A stretch of 16,812 nucleotides of DNA from an uncultured archaeon. Lineage in GTDB: Archaea > Asgardarchaeota > Heimdallarchaeia > Heimdallarchaeales > Kariarchaeaceae. Location of the stretch: NCBI GenBank assembly GCA_964645535.1, contig CAZYCQ010000002.1, forward strand, positions 46,939-63,750. The letters are read 5' to 3'. Positions 1 through 7,373 of the stretch are shown here, piece by piece. The notes beneath the pieces were generated by a model. The model had not been told where the DNA came from, made no database searches, and saw only the letters and a list, made by a program, of their open reading frames with translations. Position numbers and translations under genes: made by a program. How positions within the stretch are numbered: position 1 is the stretch's first letter; each line of letters opens with the position of its first letter.

Positions 1-35
1 GTGGGTGTAGGCGTCGGAGTTGGCGTGGGTGTAGG
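1..35 (-). repeat. Coding (Pro-Thr)n low-complexity linker, truncated by window edge
   Basis: Minus strand reads CCT ACA CCC ACG CCA ACT CCG ACG CCT ACA CCC AC = PTPTPTPTPTP(T). The 11-mer gtgggtgtagg occurs at 1-11 and 25-35. Confidence 0.9.
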
Positions 36-2144
36 TTCAGAAGTCTCTGTAGCCGGTGCCTCATAGTTGATTGCATAATCAGGATCATGCACAATCGAAC
101 CACCACTCCAACTATCATAGGAAATGACGATCAAGTCGGCCTGATAGTAGAAATTGACCGTCAAGGTTTCCACCAAGGAGCCAACTGTGGCTGTTCCTCC
201 CGAATCTGCCGATTCGGAACTCAATGGACTCACAGAAGTTTCTTTGAAGGTTCCAGCTACCTGCACCAAGGTAATTGCATCGAATGCAGCTCCATAGGTG
301 ACGTTATCCAAAGTGTAATTGGCCTTCGGTCCAGTTACATCGATTTCAGTAGCCGGATCTCCGGCACCAGAACGGATACCGAGTCTGCCGAATCGTTCAG
401 TTCGACTGGCCGGAACAGTGTCGTTATTCTCTGTTGCACTATATACCGCCTGAGCAGCAAAGAATTCTGACTTAACAACTGTTGCCAGCGACATGCCATT
501 CATTGCAGTTTTCAGACTAGGATCGACAATGCCTCCATACCTCCATGTAGGACTGATCTTGGCAAATCCAGAAACCGGATCAATTGTGATGTGATAATCA
601 TATCCAATCTGTTCGTTGTCGATTACTGAATTGACAGGATTGGTCAGATTCACCCACGTTACCGGGAAGTTATTGTAGGTTACACCAAAATCAAATTCAA
701 CAGTACCATCGGCATTTGCGACGGGATCCGTCCATCTGAAATCGGTGGTTGGTGTAGCATTGACATCCCCATATCCGAAGGTTTCAACGCCAAAGAATTG
801 ACGGGTTTCATTTACATCCGTCCGATTGTCGGAGATTCCTAAACCATGGAAAACTAGGGTAGAGTTGAATTCCTCAGAATGGTACCGTCCATTGACAATG
901 GTAGTCTGGAAGGCTTCGCCCAATCCTAAATAGCCAACACGGTCGTCTGAAGCCACACCAAGTCCTTCTTCATTTAGCTCAAGATCTAATCTCCCATTTG
1001 CATTGCCGTCTTCATATGCAGCCATTGTGGTACTTGTTTGCAGACCCCAAACCGCGAGTCTGGCTTCAATATCCGTCTGGTTAGCGGTTGAGGTTTGATT
1101 GAACTTCGAAACAAAGATACCGGCCACACTCTGGAAGGTTGAGAGAACCGTTGTCGAGATATGCTGGAAACCAGCATCAACCGCAACACCAGATGCGGAG
1201 GCAGAGACTGGGAGCATATGACGTGGATACATTTCTATGGGAACGGCTGTGCCGTTACGGCTTCCGTTGGTTGCAAATTCAAGATAGGTGAAATCAACAG
1301 ATTGGAAGTAGTATCCGACATAAGAAATGACGGCTTCAGTGTAATTTGCCTGAATCTTGTCGAACATGGTCACCTCCAAACCCAAGTTCCTTCCATTTGA
1401 GATAGATACTTGGTAGGCAGAGGCAGACACATTGTAAGCGACGGAATGTCGTACATAGTATCCCATGATGGAGACCGCCAATTTCTGTCTTTCAATGTAG
1501 ACCTCGTAACTTTGAGTGGTCACATTGAACAGAAGGAGTTCCGGAAATACAATCCCACTTCTTCTTGTCACGGTTCCATTACTGTATTTATGGAAATATT
1601 CCAAGAAGGTGGTGTTGACGGGGAACTGGCCAAGGAATCTTCCATTTTGAGAAACAACGTAGGCTGTTTCAACAGAGTAAGCCTCAGTTACATTGAGTTT
1701 CATCAATTCCTGCCCATGTGTCTGATTGAGGGGATCAAACCTAGCTGGAATAAGAACACCAAGAGTAGTGTTGACAAAGAAATTGAGACCGTCTTCGTTA
1801 AGATAGTCGTCAAATTCGTAAGTCTGATTTCCGACCTCTTCAGTCCATGCTACTTTGAAAAGGGTATCCAAATGTTGGGCATCGGTTATCAGGTCAATGG
1901 TGTCAATCCGTGACCGTGTCTCGTTGAAGGTTTCTGTCACAGTTCCATTGAATTCCTGGGTGAGATTCCCACTGGCAGAAAATTCAATTTGTCCATAGGA
2001 GTAGTTTAGACCATTAATGGATCCGCTTTGTAGGGCATCCTGCTCTACATTTCGGATCAGCTTGGGAGGAACAGCTGCCTGAAGGCCGCCGCTCAAAACC
2101 AAAGCAAAAGATAAGATAAAAACAAGAAGGCTTTCACGCTTCAT
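1..2144 (-). CDS. Large secreted/cell-surface glycoprotein (S-layer-like), >714 aa, 3' end outside window
   Basis: Not in the ORF track because there is no stop in the window. Manual translation from ATG at 2144 stays open to position 1. It starts with a signal peptide (MKRESLLVFILSFALVLSGGLQA), has about 25 N-X-S/T sequons by hand count, a DGNANGRLD Ca-binding-like loop, a WSGGSIVHDPDY motif and then a Pro-Thr linker. Confidence 0.88.
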   Translation of the reverse strand, partial: MKRESLLVFILSFALVLSGGLQAAVPPKLIRNVEQDALQSGSINGLNYSYGQIEFSASGNLTQEFNGTVTETFNETRSRIDTIDLITDAQHLDTLFKVAWTEEVGNQTYEFDDYLNEDGLNFFVNTTLGVLIPARFDPLNQTHGQELMKLNVTEAYSVETAYVVSQNGRFLGQFPVNTTFLEYFHKYSNGTVTRRSGIVFPELLLFNVTTQSYEVYIERQKLAVSIMGYYVRHSVAYNVSASAYQVSISNGRNLGLEVTMFDKIQANYTEAVISYVGYYFQSVDFTYLEFATNGSRNGTAVPIEMYPRHMLPVSASASGVAVDAGFQHISTTVLSTFQSVAGIFVSKFNQTSTANQTDIEARLAVWGLQTSTTMAAYEDGNANGRLDLELNEEGLGVASDDRVGYLGLGEAFQTTIVNGRYHSEEFNSTLVFHGLGISDNRTDVNETRQFFGVETFGYGDVNATPTTDFRWTDPVANADGTVEFDFGVTYNNFPVTWVNLTNPVNSVIDNEQIGYDYHITIDPVSGFAKISPTWRYGGIVDPSLKTAMNGMSLATVVKSEFFAAQAVYSATENNDTVPASRTERFGRLGIRSGAGDPATEIDVTGPKANYTLDNVTYGAAFDAITLVQVAGTFKETSVSPLSSESADSGGTATVGSLVETLTVNFYYQADLIVISYDSWSGGSIVHDPDYAINYEAPATETSEPTPTPTPTPTP

Positions 2145-2169
2145 GGTATTAGGGAGATAGGATTCTTGG

Positions 2170-2179
2170 TAAAAAAAAA
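2170..2179 (-). promoter_or_regulatory. T9A tract: TATA-like element for the surface protein and/or oligo-T terminator of the Nudix gene
   Basis: Minus strand TTTTTTTTTA ends 25 nt upstream of ATG 2144 and lies downstream of the Nudix stop. The two roles cannot be separated from sequence alone. Confidence 0.35.
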
Positions 2180-2246
2180 CATATCTAATTGAAAAAAGAA
2201 AGTACTCCCAATGTACACAGCATTTCGTGGAAAATCATGGAGTTTT

Positions 2247-2729
2247 TCAGTACAGAATCCAATGTGAAAGAGATAATTGCTCATCTGGTTTTTCTTCCAA
2301 AATTCCTTCAATAAGAAAAAGACCGGTCTTTCCAGAGATGACCAAATCCAAGATTTTCTTATCTGAAGGAACCATAGGATTGGGAAGAGAATTTATGGGA
2401 TACCATGCAATTACTCCTTCTCGGTTTTCTATTGGGGAAAACATGTCAGAAATAGATAACCAATAATGGATCAGAAAATGTGCAGTTAATTTGCCATCCT
2501 TCATATAAGTCTCATTGAGAATTGCAAACGGTCTATGAAATTCGACTGTTACACCGCTTTCCTCCTGTGTCTCACGAAAGAGGGATCCTTCAAGGGTTTC
2601 ACCGAATTCGGTTTTTCCCCCAATGAAGGCATAATGGTTGGCATATGGTGATTTCCTACGATGAATCAGGAGCACCTGTTTTTTGTCAGGCGAGAGCAAA
2701 ATGTTTGCTGCAATGATGAGTGGTTGCAC
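2247..2729 (-). CDS. Nudix hydrolase, MutT/MutX/MTH1-like (probable oxidised-nucleotide sanitising enzyme)
   Basis: Complete Nudix box G-KTEFG-E-TLEGSLF-RETQEESGV. The C-terminal ENREGVIAW...PMVPSD resembles the MutX/MTH1 pattern. GTG start is uncertain. Confidence 0.9.
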   Translation of the reverse strand: MQPLIIAANILLSPDKKQVLLIHRRKSPYANHYAFIGGKTEFGETLEGSLFRETQEESGVTVEFHRPFAILNETYMKDGKLTAHFLIHYWLSISDMFSPIENREGVIAWYPINSLPNPMVPSDKKILDLVISGKTGLFLIEGILEEKPDEQLSLSHWILY

Positions 2730-2762
2730 ATACTTTAGAGGGTGGAACGATTTTTGAGGGTT

Positions 2763-3788
2763 TCAGATTGAGGTCCAATATTTCCTAAAAATGGCACGAG
2801 ATTTCCTCAATACTTGATCTAAATATGAAGAGGAGTAATCAGGTTCAAATATCGGAGTCCCCCCTTCCTTGAGACCTTCGAAAAATCGAACAGTAGCCTC
2901 TCCGATCTCGTCGTATTTGTAACCACCCTCAAGGAAAACACCAATCCTGTTTTTCACGGTCTTGCTGAGTTGAGCAATGGATCTCCCAATGTTAAGAAAC
3001 CCTTCTGTCGACAAGCCCAAAGCGCCATATGGATCATTTTTAAGACCATCCAATCCCAACGAGATCAAAAGAATATCTGGGTTGAATTCCTGGATGATGG
3101 GAATTACAAGTTCATTCAGAATTGTAAGGTATGGTGAATCCTGCACTTGGTAAGGAAGAGGGATATTGATTGTTTTTCCAATTCCTTCGCCTTCGCCAAC
3201 CTGTTCGATCCAACCTGTTCCGGGATAGGCAAAACGAGGAGAGGCATGGAGAGAGGCATAGAGCACATCTGCACGATGGTAAAAAATGTCTTGGGTTCCA
3301 TTCCCATGGTGGTTGTCAACATCAAGAATTGCGACCTTTTTGACCTTTTCATTTTTGATGAGAGATTCTGCGGCGATTGCAATATTGTTGAGAAAACAAA
3401 AGCCCATGATGGCATTAACTGTTGCATGATGTCCTGGAGGTCTGAGCATTGCAAAGACGGTGTGTTTCTTTTTATAGGCCTCATGAGCAGTTTGGATAGA
3501 CCCTCCGGCGGCATGGACGGCCGCATCCCAAGTGAACCTGTTTGCAATGGTATCTGGTGTGAATTCAGTTCGTTCATGCAATGCAGTTTCTTGCAGTTCC
3601 TCCACAAGCTCTTTGGAATGTACACGGTAGATCTCTTCCAAAGAAGCAGGAGAGGCGGTCTTAAACTTGGGCTTTAACGCAGATTCTAGGATCGCCGTCT
3701 TTATGAGGGAAAGGCGAACCGGTGCTTCCAAATGGGTGGAACCCATTTCATGACGAAGTCCGGTTTCCGATTCGAAGACGGTCTTCAC
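2763..3788 (-). CDS. Zn-dependent histone deacetylase family protein (class II-like / acetylpolyamine amidohydrolase superfamily)
   Basis: Motifs RPPGHHA, GFCFLNN, DVDNHHGNGTQ, SLH, PGTG, NIPL, GLDGLKNDP and LEGGY are all present. The substrate is not determinable from sequence. Confidence 0.95.
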   Translation of the reverse strand: MKTVFESETGLRHEMGSTHLEAPVRLSLIKTAILESALKPKFKTASPASLEEIYRVHSKELVEELQETALHERTEFTPDTIANRFTWDAAVHAAGGSIQTAHEAYKKKHTVFAMLRPPGHHATVNAIMGFCFLNNIAIAAESLIKNEKVKKVAILDVDNHHGNGTQDIFYHRADVLYASLHASPRFAYPGTGWIEQVGEGEGIGKTINIPLPYQVQDSPYLTILNELVIPIIQEFNPDILLISLGLDGLKNDPYGALGLSTEGFLNIGRSIAQLSKTVKNRIGVFLEGGYKYDEIGEATVRFFEGLKEGGTPIFEPDYSSSYLDQVLRKSRAIFRKYWTSI

Positions 3789-3916
3789 GATGTTTCAACA
3801 ACATTGAATGAGAAAATTGTTTCGGTATGAAGCAATAGGAAAAGATGATCAAAATGGGAAAAACGCCCCTAATTGGAAGAAAGAGAGGGCAAGTTTCCTT
3901 TCAGCGAGAGAAGAAA

Positions 3917-3922
3917 TTTAAA
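3917..3922 (+). promoter_or_regulatory. Putative BRE/TATA box for the GNAT gene
   Basis: Purine-rich gagaagaaa followed by TTTAAA, ending 24 nt before ATG 3947, which fits archaeal leaderless promoter geometry. Confidence 0.5.
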
Positions 3923-3946
3923 GGAGGATTTCCAGATTTTTATTGC

Positions 3947-4372
3947 ATGATAAATATGGTTGAGGAATATGAAATCAGGGAGGCGAGAACTGAAGATCAC
4001 GGAGCAATCTATGATTTTTCTCTGATTGCGAGCAAGGATGAGACCGTCCCCCAGTTTCTTCGCAACGCTGGGGAGTTTATTGTGAAAAAGATCGAGGATG
4101 GCAAGCCGGGTGTGATAGTGGCTTTTCATGAGGATGAACTGGTCGGGATACTAGATTGCAAAATGGATGAAGAGGTGATAACAATCAAATCAATCTATGT
4201 CCGGAAAGACCACAGAAGAAAGGGATTGGCCTCCATTTTGGTGAATAAGCTAGAAAAGCTTTATCCTGGGAGAAAGAAGCAAGTAGCAACTGCGGTCACG
4301 GAAAAGGGGAAAAAGTTTTGGGAGAGCAATGGATTTGTCACGAAACAATGGATTTTGGAAAGAGATACTTAG
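3947..4372 (+). CDS. GNAT family N-acetyltransferase (~141 aa; start 3947 or 3956 rather than 3845)
   Basis: N-terminal YEIREARTED, acetyl-CoA motif A IYVRKDHRRKGLASILV and C-terminal KKFWESNGF. The stop overlaps the convergent gene by 4 bp. Confidence 0.9.
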   Translation: MINMVEEYEIREARTEDHGAIYDFSLIASKDETVPQFLRNAGEFIVKKIEDGKPGVIVAFHEDELVGILDCKMDEEVITIKSIYVRKDHRRKGLASILVNKLEKLYPGRKKQVATAVTEKGKKFWESNGFVTKQWILERDT

Positions 4373-6042
4373 GAATATAATGACGTGATCTTGGCAATTA
4401 TTTTTTCATTTCCAAGAACTTCTATTGCTTTGCTGAACCCGAATTCGGTAAGTTGATTCAACGTGTCGAAAATTTTCAAGGCCAGAGCAGGATCCATGGT
4501 CTTAAGTAAATAGTCCGCCATATAGTCAATGGTTCCTTCGACGCCATACTTTTGGCGATAGAGCCTTTGATGTCTCCGTATCCATCGAGCAAATGCCAAA
4601 AAGGCTTCATCCTGATCCTTGGCTCCTGCAAATTCAATTGTGAATTCATCCACATCCGTGTATTCGGAAAGTCGAACCTGAAGGTTGATATGCCAATCCT
4701 GCCGAACACTTGGAAGTTCCAACTTGTCTTTGAAGAATTCTTCCCACGACTGATCTGGATCCGGAATTAGGAAAGTTGCAGGACGGATGCCGTCTTGATT
4801 TCTGATGAGAACTCGGAAGCCCCACAGGTTGCTGTGTTTCGGAGGAAGGCGGAGATCTTCAATTTTGAACTTTACACGAGCAATCTGCGCACTATTGGTG
4901 AGAATGGTTCGAATGGAAGGAGCGATCTCATGAAATGTGCCATCATCCAGTGCCTTGTGTACCTCTTCAGTAGGAAGCAATGTAAGGGCATACATAAGTC
5001 TTTCATCCCCAGGTTGAAGAGTTCCATTGGTCCAGAATTCCAAGTCAAAAGTTTCTTCAAGGACGATATATGGACTTGGGCTTCCCAACATGATATCAAC
5101 CAATCTGTTGGGGTTGTCACGGAGGAAATCTTCGGAAAGTTGTCCTGTCAAACGCCAGTTGCTCCTTCCTTCTCTGAAAATGTCCTGAAGAATCTCCAAC
5201 ATGACCCGAGTCATTCGCCCTTCCCTTTCGACATGATGCAGGAGGCGTTCAAAGAAGACAAGGATTTGGTGGAAATCCTTTCCCGTGATGCCTTTTTCCC
5301 AATCCAGAAGATCATTGAAATGAACTTCGACATACTTTGGTTCAACTTCTTCGGATTCAAGTTCGCGTTCAAGTTTTTTGATTTCGTCATCTTCCTCCTG
5401 TTCTTCAGGAGTTGCATCAAAGATTCCTTCAAGGGATTCCAGCTCATCCAGACTACTGAAAACCTCCAATAATTCATCTTCGGGGATACCTAATTCACTT
5501 GCACCGGATGGAGGGGCTGCGGATGCAATATTCCCACCTAGGCTTTCAAGTTCTGCAAAAGGGTTGTCAGCAGAAACAGTAGGTTTGACTTTGTCTTCCC
5601 CTTCATCTACCTTTACGTGGGAAAGGTTAGATCGTCTGGGTTTTCCTCGAGGAAGGTTTTCCCAAAGTTCCTCAATGCTGAATTCCTCTTCCTCCTCAAT
5701 AAGCTTGCGGATTTCAAATTCGATGAAGTCAATGACCCTGAAATAGGACCAGATGTAAGGAATTTCTTGGAATGCCTCTTTGAAGACAGAAAGATTCTGT
5801 AACCCTTTCTCAAGGGTAGTTCGAAAGGCAACGGGTTCCTCCTGCCATCGTGCAAACTGATCAAGGTCAAGATCCTTGCGAGGTTTGCGCATACTTTCAG
5901 GAAGCATTGTTCTTCTTGAAATGGCATCCTCAGGACGGAAGAGAAGAAACCACGCAAGGGGAATCATCTCTCTTCCGATGAAGGTGGGAAAAGCATCTTC
6001 AGCCTTGTCAGGAGATACGCCGATATACAGGAAGGAATCCAT
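4369..6042 (-). CDS. Hypothetical protein, 557 aa, with a central acidic low-complexity insert
   Basis: Long ORF with natural composition that fills the space between neighbours. Residues ~115-235 are Glu/Asp/Ser/Pro-rich. No family recognised. Confidence 0.85.
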   Translation of the reverse strand: MDSFLYIGVSPDKAEDAFPTFIGREMIPLAWFLLFRPEDAISRRTMLPESMRKPRKDLDLDQFARWQEEPVAFRTTLEKGLQNLSVFKEAFQEIPYIWSYFRVIDFIEFEIRKLIEEEEEFSIEELWENLPRGKPRRSNLSHVKVDEGEDKVKPTVSADNPFAELESLGGNIASAAPPSGASELGIPEDELLEVFSSLDELESLEGIFDATPEEQEEDDEIKKLERELESEEVEPKYVEVHFNDLLDWEKGITGKDFHQILVFFERLLHHVEREGRMTRVMLEILQDIFREGRSNWRLTGQLSEDFLRDNPNRLVDIMLGSPSPYIVLEETFDLEFWTNGTLQPGDERLMYALTLLPTEEVHKALDDGTFHEIAPSIRTILTNSAQIARVKFKIEDLRLPPKHSNLWGFRVLIRNQDGIRPATFLIPDPDQSWEEFFKDKLELPSVRQDWHINLQVRLSEYTDVDEFTIEFAGAKDQDEAFLAFARWIRRHQRLYRQKYGVEGTIDYMADYLLKTMDPALALKIFDTLNQLTEFGFSKAIEVLGNEKIIAKITSLYS

Positions 6043-6075
6043 TCAATCCACCATACCGAATTCCCCTAAATAAAA

Positions 6076-6492
6076 CTATAGACCAGAGGTGGAAAGGATT
6101 TCAAAATCCTGTCTTTTGAAACCACGATCGTGTAGTTTCCACAGACTGAAAGAACATCGAATTCCATCAGTGGAGATCAAGAGATAGAGCCAATTGGGCA
6201 ATGCAGATTCGAGATCGACTGATGAAAGGACATTACTGTTGTCCGGATGTGAATGATAAGTACCTATGAGGTCGAGCCCTTCCAAATTCACCTCTTCCTC
6301 AATCTTAATCATTTCAAATGGATCGATGATATAGCGATTGGTTTTCTGTAATGCAACATTGGTTGTCGGGCGAGCATCTAAAATGGTATTTGCAGTGCCA
6401 ATAAGCAGTCCACAGGCTTCATGGGGAAAATCTTCAAGGCTATGCCTTAAGATCGAATCGATGACCTTTTGGGAAATCCGGAACATGAACAT
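6076..6492 (-). CDS. JAMM/MPN+ (Mov34, M67 family) zinc metalloprotease
   Basis: PHEACGLLIG carries the catalytic Glu, and YHSHPDNSNVLSSVD matches H-S-H-x7-S-x2-D. Start is at 6492 or 6486. Confidence 0.93.
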   Translation of the reverse strand: MFMFRISQKVIDSILRHSLEDFPHEACGLLIGTANTILDARPTTNVALQKTNRYIIDPFEMIKIEEEVNLEGLDLIGTYHSHPDNSNVLSSVDLESALPNWLYLLISTDGIRCSFSLWKLHDRGFKRQDFEILSTSGL

Positions 6493-6495
6493 CCC

Positions 6496-7329
6496 TCAAA
6501 AATTCACGACCTCATCGGGTTTCGTTCCATCGACGAGTCCATAGAGCCTTGAATAGATAAAGCTGAGAGCCATCACATCATATACATTGTATTCTATCAT
6601 TTTTGCCCAGATGTCTCCATTAAGAATTTTGCGTTCGTAAGCCAAAGCGAACAGATAACCAATTGAATCGTTTTTGGGGTTGATTCTTAGCTTTTTCATC
6701 AGGGATTTGATAAGTGAATCCTCATGAAGTTGGTGCTCATAATCGGGATAGCCGAAGAGATGGGAGAGTTTCTTTACGCTGAACCCGACAGGGGTGATCA
6801 GGCGTGGCTTCAGATATTGCATCAGATCTAGAAATTTTATTGTATTTAATGTAGGAGTCCAAAGATTTTTTCTTTTAAGTGTTTTGATGAGATATTTCTT
6901 GTCAAAATGATTGCCAGAGGAAGAGATGAAGGTATATGTGGGATGGGAGGAAAGGAATGAAACAATCCGAGATTCGAAAACGTTTCTTTTGCCGTTGTAT
7001 ATGGTGACAGGTTTGGATCCATCAATTTTGTAAAAAGAAACCAAAAACACATTATGATGGGTGGCACTTGCCTCAATATCGAAAAAAATTGCCTGTTTAG
7101 GGTCCGGGAGGGAAATGGGCTTTTTTACAAGCAATTGCCTTTTTTTGAAAAGACGAGCACGGAGAAGAAGCCCTTCAATGGAAGAAGGATCGTTCTCCAT
7201 TCCGAGAATCTTGATCAAATCATCAATTGGGGTGTCCAAGAATTGATCTATTGTCTCAATCTCAGCTTCAATTAATTTGCAGTATCTTTTTTGTGAAATT
7301 CCTTCAATGAGGAGTAATTCATCACTCAC
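6496..7329 (-). CDS. Helix-hairpin-helix + YprB/RNase_H_2-type (DEDD) 3'-5' exonuclease domain protein
   Basis: N-terminal LLLIEGISQKRYCKLIEAEIETIDQF is HhH-like. ExoI FFDIEAS, ExoII GNHFDKKYL, FLDL, FSVKKL and ExoIII EYNVYDVMAL follow. Confidence 0.82.
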   Translation of the reverse strand: MSDELLLIEGISQKRYCKLIEAEIETIDQFLDTPIDDLIKILGMENDPSSIEGLLLRARLFKKRQLLVKKPISLPDPKQAIFFDIEASATHHNVFLVSFYKIDGSKPVTIYNGKRNVFESRIVSFLSSHPTYTFISSSGNHFDKKYLIKTLKRKNLWTPTLNTIKFLDLMQYLKPRLITPVGFSVKKLSHLFGYPDYEHQLHEDSLIKSLMKKLRINPKNDSIGYLFALAYERKILNGDIWAKMIEYNVYDVMALSFIYSRLYGLVDGTKPDEVVNF

Positions 7330-7373
7330 TTATTGATTGTTGGGGTTGGACGGTTTTAATTCTTTTTTCTTGT

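Noticed and set aside
87-1913. Track ORFs 87..470, 986..1189, 1161..1400 and 1410..1913
   Set aside because: They are antisense or off-frame shadows of the continuous minus-strand surface-protein ORF (2144 to <1).
2247-3788. Nudix acting on O-acetyl-ADP-ribose produced by the adjacent deacetylase
   Set aside because: The deacetylase is Zn-dependent and releases acetate. Only sirtuins make O-acetyl-ADP-ribose, and the Nudix looks MutT/MTH1-like.
3845-3946. 34-codon N-terminal extension of the GNAT given by the ORF track
   Set aside because: The GNAT fold begins at about YEIREA, and the extension spans a TATA-like box positioned for a start at 3947.
5540-5575. NPF motif (DNPFAEL) as a eukaryote-like EH-domain ligand
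   Set aside because: A single tripeptide is expected by chance and no EH-domain gene is visible.
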